A DNA stretch of 64,000 bases from Alloprevotella sp. (GTDB lineage: Bacteria > Bacteroidota > Bacteroidia > Bacteroidales > Bacteroidaceae): positions 1,616 to 65,615 of the forward strand of contig DAVZJV010000001.1 in assembly GCA_052272595.1 (NCBI GenBank), read 5' to 3'. The notes below the pieces were generated by a model. The model was not told the origin of the DNA and searched no databases. It saw only the letters and a program-made list of their open reading frames with translations. Each line of letters begins with the position of its first letter. Within the stretch, counting starts at the first letter, position 1. Positions 9,599 to 17,322 of this stretch are shown here, piece after piece. A program made the translations under genes and the position numbers.

Positions 9599-9637
9599 TT
9601 CTCTCCTCTAACAGAGACAATCACTGACAAACCTATC

Positions 9638-9683
9638 GGAGCGCACCCGTCGCCACAAGCGACGCGGTGCGCTCCTTATTTAT
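9638..9683 (+). terminator. intrinsic terminator
   Basis: GGAGCGCACCCGTCGC pairs with GCGACGCGGTGCGCTCC (one bulge), followed by TTATTTAT. Confidence 0.75.
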
Positions 9684-9750
9684 GCTCACATACAGAAGAG
9701 GCATTTGCAAAAAAACCGCCCAAACCCTTGCATGAAGCTCGCGCCCTATG

Positions 9751-9758
9751 TACATTTG
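9751..9758 (+). promoter_or_regulatory. candidate -7 promoter box (TACATTTG) for the nadE leader
   Basis: TAnnTTTG match about 300 nt upstream of the nadE ATG and downstream of the preceding terminator. Confidence 0.35.
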
Positions 9759-10053
9759 CACTACATAAAGCGAGCGACCCGCCCCACGGAGCCAGGCGCC
9801 CGACTTGAAGACAAAGGCTGTACCGGTTAGATTGGGATACTCATCAATAATTACTTGAAAACCGAGTGACCTTCTTGCTGCTAATGGCGTGCCAGAATGC
9901 TCTTCGGAGTAGATCCGGATTACAAAGGCTGTAAGATACTCAAATCTTTCATTCTCGGAGTTTCATCAAATCACCGGTACGGCCCTTTTTGTGTCTTTGC
10001 CCCGCGGACGAATCATCAGAAGCGCCCGCACCCATATTTAACCGCAAGAACCT

Positions 10054-12009
10054 ATGCAACACGGCTTTATCAAAGTGGCAGCCGCCGTACCCAACGTAAC
10101 GGTCGCAGACTGTGCCGCCAATGTCAAGCAGATCGAGAGCATGATGGCCACAGCCGAAGGACAGGGCATAGAGATCATCTGCCTGCCCGAACTTGCCGTC
10201 ACGGCCTACACCTGTCAGGACCTCTTCACCCAGCAACTGCTCCTCGACGAAGCTGAAGCCTCGCTGCTCAAGCTCATGGAGTTTAGCCGCAACCTAAACG
10301 TTACGGCACTCATCGGCGTGCCCATCGCCTACGGCGATATGCTCTTCAACTGCGCGGCAGTCATCCAGAAAGGCAAAATCTTCGGCCTCGTCCCCAAGAC
10401 CTACCTGCCGGGCTACAAGGAGTTTTACGAACCGCGATGGTTCACCTCCGCCACAGCCTTGGGCGAGGGCGTAAGCCTCCACTTCTGCGGCCAAACAGTC
10501 CCCCTGAGCAACCACCTCATCTTCGAGACAAGCCACTGCCGCTTCGGCATCGAGCTCTGCGAAGACCTCTGGGCCCCCTGCCCGCCCTCCACACAACTCG
10601 CGCTCGCCGGCGCCGACATTATCTTCAACCTTAGCGCTTCCAACGAACTGATCGGCAAGGCCGACTACCTACAATCCCTCGTAACCGGTGCCAGCGCCCG
10701 ACTCATAGCGGGCTACGTCTACAGCGGAAGCGGTTGGGGAGAAAGCTCGCAAGATCTCGTCTACAGCGGAAGGGCCTTTATCGCAGAAAACGGCGTTTTG
10801 CTGAACGAGGGCGAACGCTTCACTATGGAGGAGCAGCTCATCGTGAGCGAGATCGATGTGGAGAAGCTCCGCATCGAGCGAAAGGTCAACACCACGTTTG
10901 CCGCGTGTCGCCGTGACACGCTGGGCACTGCCGAAAGCTACCAAACTATCGAACTCGAGCAGTTTGCCTCTAACGTGCCTTTCTCGCTGACCCGTCGGAT
11001 AGACCCCCACCCCTTCGTGCCCGAAGGTCCCGAGCTGGCTCACCGATGCGAAGAGATCATCTGCATACAGAGTCAGGGCCTTGCCCGACGCATCGAACAC
11101 GTCGGCGCAAAAACCGTCATCATCGGCATCAGCGGCGGCCTCGACTCAACGCTGGCCCTACTCGTGGCCGTCCATGCCTTCGATCGCCTCGGACGTGACC
11201 GAAGCGGCATCGTAGGCATTACCATGCCTTGCTTCGGCACGACAGAACGCACCTACACCAACGCCGTCAACCTCATGAAGGAGCTCGGCGTGACCATCCG
11301 TGAAATAAACATCAAGGAGGCCGTCACGCTCCATCTCCATGACCTTGGCCACGATCTCGCGCAGCACGACCTGACGTATGAGAACGCGCAGGCTCGCGAA
11401 CGGACACAAGTCTTGATGGACGCGGCCGGACAGACGGGCGGATTCGTCGTCGGAACGGGCGACCTTAGCGAACTGGCGCTAGGCTGGGCCACTTATAACG
11501 GTGACCATATGAGCATGTACGGCGTCAACGTCTCCATCCCCAAGACGCTTGTGCGCCACCTCGTGAGCTGGGCTGCCGACAACATGGCTGACGAAGCCTC
11601 GCGACAGACCCTCCTCGATATCGTCGATACGCCGATCAGCCCCGAGCTCCTACCCCCCTCGGAGATGGGAGAAATCGAGCAGGTGACAGAAGATCTCGTT
11701 GGCCCCTACGAACTCCACGACTTCTACCTCTACCACACGCTGCGCAACGGCTTCCGTCCCTCCAAGGTGCGCTACCTTGCCCTACAGGCATTCGCCTCAC
11801 CCGCAGCCGGCAGCCGCTACACCGATGAGGAAATCACCAAGTGGCTACGCACCTTCTACCGCCGCTTCTTCCAACAGCAGTATAAGCGCTCATGTCTGCC
11901 CGACGGTCCCAAGGTGGGAAGCTGTTCGCTCAGTCCGCGCGGCGACTGGCGCATGCCCTCCGACGCATCAGCCGCAGCATGGCTCGCCGACCTCGACGGA
12001 GTGGAGTAA
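10054..12009 (+). CDS. nadE: glutamine-dependent NAD+ synthetase
   Basis: 651 aa. N-terminal nitrilase/CN-hydrolase domain (ELCEDLW with catalytic Cys context) plus a C-terminal NAD synthetase domain with the PP-loop GISGGLDS. Confidence 0.92.
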   Translation: MQHGFIKVAAAVPNVTVADCAANVKQIESMMATAEGQGIEIICLPELAVTAYTCQDLFTQQLLLDEAEASLLKLMEFSRNLNVTALIGVPIAYGDMLFNCAAVIQKGKIFGLVPKTYLPGYKEFYEPRWFTSATALGEGVSLHFCGQTVPLSNHLIFETSHCRFGIELCEDLWAPCPPSTQLALAGADIIFNLSASNELIGKADYLQSLVTGASARLIAGYVYSGSGWGESSQDLVYSGRAFIAENGVLLNEGERFTMEEQLIVSEIDVEKLRIERKVNTTFAACRRDTLGTAESYQTIELEQFASNVPFSLTRRIDPHPFVPEGPELAHRCEEIICIQSQGLARRIEHVGAKTVIIGISGGLDSTLALLVAVHAFDRLGRDRSGIVGITMPCFGTTERTYTNAVNLMKELGVTIREINIKEAVTLHLHDLGHDLAQHDLTYENAQARERTQVLMDAAGQTGGFVVGTGDLSELALGWATYNGDHMSMYGVNVSIPKTLVRHLVSWAADNMADEASRQTLLDIVDTPISPELLPPSEMGEIEQVTEDLVGPYELHDFYLYHTLRNGFRPSKVRYLALQAFASPAAGSRYTDEEITKWLRTFYRRFFQQQYKRSCLPDGPKVGSCSLSPRGDWRMPSDASAAAWLADLDGVE

Positions 12010-12112
12010 AAATCTCCTACAAGACCGAGGCATAATTCTAAGATGATTTATTAGCGGTGGCCCGCATGTTAAAAGAGGGCAAGGGCGCCGCACTTTTCCA
12101 GGAGAGAAAGAT

Positions 12113-12160
12113 CCTCCCTTCGGCCGAACAATTACTTTTGTCGGTCGAAGGGAGGTTTTT
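12113..12160 (+). terminator. intrinsic terminator of nadE
   Basis: CCTCCCTTCGGCCGA pairs with TCGGTCGAAGGGAGG (one G-U pair), followed by TTTTT. Confidence 0.8.
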
Positions 12161-12218
12161 CGTGACACCCTTCCTCGGCAATGCCTTTTTGACAATACAC
12201 AATCACACATATCACTCT

Positions 12219-13664
12219 ATGCAAAGACGCTTCATCTTAGCTAGCCTATTGGCCCTCACCCTCGGTGCGGGCGCTCCCATGATGGGCTCTGTAGCTCAGG
12301 CACAGGACCCCGTTAACCTGACTTATGCAGCGCAAAACGCTGTCAACTCCGTCGTCTATATCAAAGTGACGACCAACAGCAAGACGCAGGTCGTCCCTTA
12401 CAACGATCCGTTCTCTGACTTCTTCGGCGACTTCTTCGGCTTCGGCGGCGGCAATTCACAGCAGCAACGCCGTATCCAGACACCCAAACGTAGCGGCGCC
12501 GGATCGGGTGTCATTCTCACTGCAGACGGCTACATCGTAACCAACAACCACGTGGTGGCCGACGCCGACGAGATCACCGTTAAGCTCAACGACAACCGCG
12601 AGTTTAAGGCCCGCATCATCGGTACGGACCCCACCACCGACCTGGCTCTTATCAAGATCGAAGCCACGGGCCTGCAAGCCATCAAGGTGGCAGACTCTGA
12701 GAAGATCAAGCTCGGCGAGTGGGTGCTCGCCGTCGGCAACCCCTTCAGCCTGACCTCGACGGTCACCGCGGGCATCGTCAGCGCCAAGGGGCGCTCACTG
12801 GGTGCAAAGCCGGGCAGCGTAGAGAGCTTCATACAGACAGATGCCGCCATCAACCCCGGCAACTCGGGCGGTGCGCTCGTCAACGCCAAGGGTGAACTGA
12901 TCGGCATCAACGCCATGATCTACTCACAGACGGGATCTTACGCCGGCTATGGATTCGCCATCCCCACGTCGATCATGAATAAGGTCGTTGCCGACCTGCG
13001 CAAATACGGCACCGTGCAGCGCGCCGTGCTCGGCATCACCGGTACGGACGTGAGCGATTACATCGATGCACAGAAGGATAAAGACCAAGTAGTAGACCTT
13101 GGTACCGTGCAGGGTATCTACGTGGCTTCTGTAAGCAGCGACGGTGCCGCCGCAACTGCCGGTCTCAAAGAAGGCGACGTCATCACGGAGATCGACGGCA
13201 AGAAGATCCAGAAGTTTGGCGAACTCCAAGAGATCCTCGTCAACCACAAGCCTGGCGACAAGATCAACATCACCTACCTACGCGACAAGAAGCGCCACCA
13301 GGCAACCCTCACCCTGCGCAATATCCAGGGTACGACGACCACCGTACAGACCCTCGACACTGAAGCCATGGGCGCCGCCCTCCGTCCGCTCAAGGATGAG
13401 GAGAAGCAGCAGCTCGGCCTGCCCTACGGTCTGATGATCACGGCCGTAAGAGACGGCAAATTCAAGGACGCCGGCCTGACGAAGGGGCTGATCATCATGA
13501 AGGTCAACGACCGCGAGATGCGCACGGCCGATGACTTCGACGCTGCCGTCAAGGCCGCCAACCTGAGCACCGACCGCGTGCTCTGGATCCGTGCCAAGAC
13601 GCAGAGCGGCATCAACAAGTCGTTTGCCGTAGAACTGGCCGACAAGACCAAGAGCAAGAAGTAA
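12219..13664 (+). CDS. HtrA/DegQ-family periplasmic serine endoprotease with two PDZ domains
   Basis: Start moved to the ATG at 12219, because the ORF-track start 12057 runs through the nadE terminator. Signal peptide MQRRFILASLLALTLGAGAPMMGSVAQA. Catalytic triad contexts TNNHVV, DLALIK and GNSGGALV. Confidence 0.9.
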   Translation: MQRRFILASLLALTLGAGAPMMGSVAQAQDPVNLTYAAQNAVNSVVYIKVTTNSKTQVVPYNDPFSDFFGDFFGFGGGNSQQQRRIQTPKRSGAGSGVILTADGYIVTNNHVVADADEITVKLNDNREFKARIIGTDPTTDLALIKIEATGLQAIKVADSEKIKLGEWVLAVGNPFSLTSTVTAGIVSAKGRSLGAKPGSVESFIQTDAAINPGNSGGALVNAKGELIGINAMIYSQTGSYAGYGFAIPTSIMNKVVADLRKYGTVQRAVLGITGTDVSDYIDAQKDKDQVVDLGTVQGIYVASVSSDGAAATAGLKEGDVITEIDGKKIQKFGELQEILVNHKPGDKINITYLRDKKRHQATLTLRNIQGTTTTVQTLDTEAMGAALRPLKDEEKQQLGLPYGLMITAVRDGKFKDAGLTKGLIIMKVNDREMRTADDFDAAVKAANLSTDRVLWIRAKTQSGINKSFAVELADKTKSKK

Positions 13665-13703
13665 CGCACCGCCCCTGACAGCTGGGGGCAAGACAAAAAG
13701 AAA

Positions 13704-13746
13704 GTGCCTCACCCGGGTTAATCCTCGGGCGAGGCACATTTGGTTT
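13704..13746 (+). terminator. intrinsic terminator
   Basis: GTGCCTCACCCG pairs with CGGGCGAGGCAC (one mismatch), followed by ATTTGGTTT. Confidence 0.55.
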
Positions 13747-13770
13747 AGGAGCGGGGCTACAAACAAGAAT

Positions 13771-13898
13771 CTAGGGATTTATCCCCAGAATTGCGGAATC
13801 CATTAAATACTCGCGTCAATAGCTACATATCATTGGCGAAGTTGGCGGCGAGTCAAAACTTCGGACAATAGCCTAGGGATAAATCCCTAGGCTATTGT
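13771..13898. repeat. inverted-repeat element (CTAGGGATTTATCCC ... CTAGGGATAAATCCCTAG) including a 34-nt perfect palindrome
   Basis: The left copy (13771-13785) is the reverse complement of the core of the right copy (13873-13890). The right copy sits in the palindrome ACAATAGCCTAGGGAT-AA-ATCCCTAGGCTATTGT (13865-13898). An AT-richer 87-nt interior holds its own hairpin (CGAAGTT/AACTTCG, 13837-13863). Confidence 0.6.
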
Positions 13899-13947
13899 CT
13901 CACGCCCCGTTGGGGATCTACTTAACTGTAACTCTACCTTAACGGGG

Positions 13948-15411
13948 CTACGCCTTCCCTTCATCCACTACCTTAACCTCCTCCACAGGCTTGAGGCCCA
14001 TGGTCTGGGCACGCTGGAGGATGAAGGCGAGGGCGGGATCGTGCTCGTTGGGGACATTGCCGTCGAGGATGGCGTCTTTGAGGGCACTCTTGAGGGTGCC
14101 TACCTCCTGACAGGGCTGCAGGCCGAAGAGATGCATGATCTCCAGACCGTCGACAGGGGGCTGGAAGTTGCGGATGCGGTCCTTCTCCTCGATGGCAACG
14201 AGCTTGCGGCGGACGATCTGGAAATTGTTGAGGAAGCGCTGCTTGCGCACTTCGTTCTTACTCGTGATGTCGGCCTCGCAGAGGAGCATGAGGTCGTCGA
14301 TGTCGTCACCCGCATCGAAGAGGAGACGGCGCACGGCGCTGTCGGTCACGATATCGTCGGCGATGGCGATGGGCCGCATGTGGAGGCCAACGAGCTTCTC
14401 AACGTACTTCTCACGCTCGTCGAGGGGGAGCTTGAGGCGGCGGAAGAGGGGCTTGACCATCTTCTGCCCGATGTAGTTGTGGTTGTGGAAGGTCCATCCC
14501 ACGCCGTTCTCCCAGCGCTTGCTACGGGGCTTGCCGATGTCGTGGAGCAGGGCGGCCCAGCGGAGGTAAAGGTTGTCACTGCGGGAGGCGACGCTGTCGA
14601 GCACCTCAAGGGTGTGGTAGAAGTTGTTCTTGTGCGAACGGCCGTTGCGGGTCTCCACGCAGTCGAGTGCGGCGAGTTCGGGAAGGATGAGTTCGAGCAG
14701 ACCGCAGCGGTGGAGCTCGACGAAGCCGCGCGAGGGGACGCGGGCCATCATGATCTTGTTGAGCTCGTCGATGATGCGTTCGGCGCTGATGATCTTGATG
14801 CGCTCGCGATTGCGCGTGAGGGCGTCGAAGGTCTCGTCCTCAATGAAGAAGCCGAGCTGGGTGGAGAAGCGCACACAGCGCATCATGCGCAGCGGATCGT
14901 CGCTAAAAGTTACATCGGGATCGAGCGGTGTAGCGATGATGCCGTCCTCAAGGTCGCGCAAACCGTCAAAAGGGTCTACCAGTTCGCCCAGACGGGCGGC
15001 GTTGAGACAGACGGCGAGGGCGTTGATGGTGAAGTCGCGACGGTTCTGATCGTCTTCGAGCGTGCCATCTTCCACAACGGGCTTGCGCGAGTCGTGGGAG
15101 TAGCTCTCGCGGCGGGCACCGACGAACTCGATCTCCTGCCCGTGCCACTTGACCTGGGCCGTGCCGAAGTTGTGGAAGACGCTGAGCTTCGCCCCACGCC
15201 CCAGCGCCTTGGCGAAGGCCCGGGCCATCTCGATGCCCTTGCCCACGACGACGACGTCGATGTCGTTGGTCGGGCGGCCGAGCATGAGGTCACGCACATA
15301 GCCGCCCACGAGGTATGCCTCGAGCCCCAGCTCATCGGCCACCTCGGTGAGGCGGTGGAAGAGCGGGGTGTCGATCTTAGCGGTGATTTCGGCTTGTGAG
15401 AGAATCTTCAT
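13948..15411 (-). CDS. CCA-adding tRNA nucleotidyltransferase / poly(A) polymerase family protein with HD domain
   Basis: Start placed at MKILSQ (15411). Motifs GGYVRDLMLGRPTNDIDVVV and RRDFTINAL, plus a C-terminal HD region (LLHDIGKP). Confidence 0.85.
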   Translation of the reverse strand: MKILSQAEITAKIDTPLFHRLTEVADELGLEAYLVGGYVRDLMLGRPTNDIDVVVVGKGIEMARAFAKALGRGAKLSVFHNFGTAQVKWHGQEIEFVGARRESYSHDSRKPVVEDGTLEDDQNRRDFTINALAVCLNAARLGELVDPFDGLRDLEDGIIATPLDPDVTFSDDPLRMMRCVRFSTQLGFFIEDETFDALTRNRERIKIISAERIIDELNKIMMARVPSRGFVELHRCGLLELILPELAALDCVETRNGRSHKNNFYHTLEVLDSVASRSDNLYLRWAALLHDIGKPRSKRWENGVGWTFHNHNYIGQKMVKPLFRRLKLPLDEREKYVEKLVGLHMRPIAIADDIVTDSAVRRLLFDAGDDIDDLMLLCEADITSKNEVRKQRFLNNFQIVRRKLVAIEEKDRIRNFQPPVDGLEIMHLFGLQPCQEVGTLKSALKDAILDGNVPNEHDPALAFILQRAQTMGLKPVEEVKVVDEGKA

Positions 15412-15883
15412 GTTGGGTGATGAGTAGTCGCTTGGTGCGTGATGCGGCGGGGTGTACCCCGCACTTCTTCCGCGGGGCGAGATAGGCCTCGCGGACAAGG
15501 CGTAGCGTCGTGCGGCCGTATTCGTAGTCGTCGACGGCGAGCGTCATGTAGTCGTCGTCATAGTTGACGAGATAGGCCTTGATGTCCGGCTGGTTGTAGG
15601 AGGTGAGGTAGATGTAGAGGTAGCGGCCCTGGCGCTCCCAGGCGCCCTGCTCATTGAGTTCATAGCCCACAGCTTCAAAGTCACCGTTCGTGTAGAAGTA
15701 CCAGCGGTCACCCTGACGGTAGTTGGTATTATATCCCGTCTCGACGATGCGCCATCGGCCGTCAAGATCACTGGGAGCGATGTTGTCCCACCAATCTTCA
15801 TCACAACTCGTCAGCGCCAACATACACGTCAGCATCAGAACGAGACGGGAAAACCAATGGCGGATGGTTGCGGTATGCGTCAT
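15377..15883 (-). CDS. hypothetical lipoprotein
   Basis: Signal peptide with lipobox (LALTSC). W/Y/D-rich small beta-type domain. The 3' tail overlaps the downstream gene start by 35 nt. Confidence 0.65.
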   Translation of the reverse strand: MTHTATIRHWFSRLVLMLTCMLALTSCDEDWWDNIAPSDLDGRWRIVETGYNTNYRQGDRWYFYTNGDFEAVGYELNEQGAWERQGRYLYIYLTSYNQPDIKAYLVNYDDDYMTLAVDDYEYGRTTLRLVREAYLAPRKKCGVHPAASRTKRLLITQHEDSLTSRNHR

Positions 15884-15952
15884 GTGCTATAATGTCATGC
15901 CAGCCATGGTACAACGCACCGTGGCCGATAAGGTAATAATTGAAGGATAAGT

Positions 15953-16300
15953 TCAGAGCTGGTTGCGCTCGCCGGTGGGGAAGACCACGCGGGCCTTGTG
16001 GGCGGCGGCCTCCTCGGGCGTCATCTGGGCGAAGGCCATGATGATCACCTCGTCACCCACCTGGAAGTGGCGGGCGGCGGCTCCGTTGAGGCAGATGTCG
16101 CCCTCACCCTCAGGACCGGGGATGATGTAGGTCTCGATGCGCGCACCGTTGTTGTTGTTGACCACCTGCACCATCTCGCCCTCGAGCATGCCGGTAGCCT
16201 TCATCAGGGCGCGGTCGATGGTGATGCTGCCCATGTAGTGGAGATTGGCCTCCGTCACCACGGCGCAGTGGATCTTCGATTTGAGCATTGTCAGGAGCAT
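15953..16300 (-). CDS. panD: aspartate 1-decarboxylase
   Basis: 115 aa from [29 protein letters not shown], which includes the Gly-Ser self-processing site. The longer ORF-track N-terminus overlaps panC and was rejected. Confidence 0.92.
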   Translation of the reverse strand: MLLTMLKSKIHCAVVTEANLHYMGSITIDRALMKATGMLEGEMVQVVNNNNGARIETYIIPGPEGEGDICLNGAAARHFQVGDEVIIMAFAQMTPEEAAAHKARVVFPTGERNQL

Positions 16301-16337
16301 AGCTTCTCTTTTCTTTGCGTAAAGTGTGGGGTTGGGT

Positions 16338-17189
16338 TTATCCTTTATACCGTATGTTGTCGATGAGGCGCACGGGGCGGTGACCGCAGAAGACGGTGAT
16401 GCAGCCCACGATGTCGTCGGCGTCGTCCCATGAGGAGACGGGCTGGAGGGTGCGGCCGTTGACGATCTGGAAATATTCCACCTCAAGGCCGCGCGTGGCG
16501 TTGAGCGCACCGACTACTAGGTCGTGTGTCTCCTTGACGCTGTGGTCGCGGGCGAAGGGTACGCTCGTCTTGAGCGCATGGGAGATGCAGGTGGCCGTCT
16601 GTCGCTCCTCGGGGGTGAGGAGGGCATTGCGCGAGGAGAGGGCGAGGCCGCTGGGCTCGCGCACGATGGGACAAGCGACGATCTCGAGCTTGTAGCCCTT
16701 ATCAGCCACCATGGCGCGAATGACGGCAATCTGCTGGAAGTCCTTCTCACCGAAATAAGCACGTGTGGGCTCGACGATCTCGAAGAGGCGGCTGACAATC
16801 TGGCAGACACCGTTGAAGTGGCCGGGGCGGCGGGCACCCTCCATTACGGTGTCGACGGGGGGATAGGAAAAGGTGCGGGTGTCGGGCTCAGGATAGATGT
16901 CGCTGACGGAAGGTACGAAGGCGAAGGTGACCCCCAGGCGCTCGAGCAGCGCCATGTCGGCCTCCTCCGTGCGGGGATAGGCGGCGAGGTCGCGGGGATC
17001 GTTAAACTGCGTAGGATTGACAAATACGCTCACCACCGTCACATCGTTCTCCTTGACGCTGCGACTGACAAGTGAGGCGTGGCCCTCATGGAGGGCGCCC
17101 ATTGTGGGCACGAGGCCAATGGTCTTGCCCTCCTTGCGGAGCGGCTCGAGGGCTTGGCGAAGCTCGTGCTGAGTGCGGATAATCTTCAT
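16338..17189 (-). CDS. panC: pantoate--beta-alanine ligase
   Basis: Start at MKIIRT (17189). [13 protein letters not shown] motif and typical length (283 aa). Lies directly upstream of panD. Confidence 0.92.
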   Translation of the reverse strand: MKIIRTQHELRQALEPLRKEGKTIGLVPTMGALHEGHASLVSRSVKENDVTVVSVFVNPTQFNDPRDLAAYPRTEEADMALLERLGVTFAFVPSVSDIYPEPDTRTFSYPPVDTVMEGARRPGHFNGVCQIVSRLFEIVEPTRAYFGEKDFQQIAVIRAMVADKGYKLEIVACPIVREPSGLALSSRNALLTPEERQTATCISHALKTSVPFARDHSVKETHDLVVGALNATRGLEVEYFQIVNGRTLQPVSSWDDADDIVGCITVFCGHRPVRLIDNIRYKG

Positions 17190-17322
17190 GCTATAGAGAT
17201 ATATTTGCTTGATAGATTGGTCGTAGGCTGTAAGTCTGCTTTGAGCATGCAAAATTACTTCACCCCATCGGCTCCGCAAAGTTCAGAGGGCGCAGACTTG
17301 CCGCCCCGGCTCCCCGGAGACT

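Noticed and set aside
9897-10256. 119-aa ORF spanning the nadE leader and the start of nadE
   Set aside because: It overlaps the nadE N-terminus out of frame, has no motifs and is Arg/His/Pro-rich. The region is better explained as a structured non-coding leader.
14041-15399. 452-aa plus-strand ORF opposite the CCA-enzyme gene
   Set aside because: It is an antisense shadow ORF. The minus-strand frame carries clear nucleotidyltransferase and HD motifs, whereas this frame is repetitive and rich in Glu/Val/Ala/Gly.
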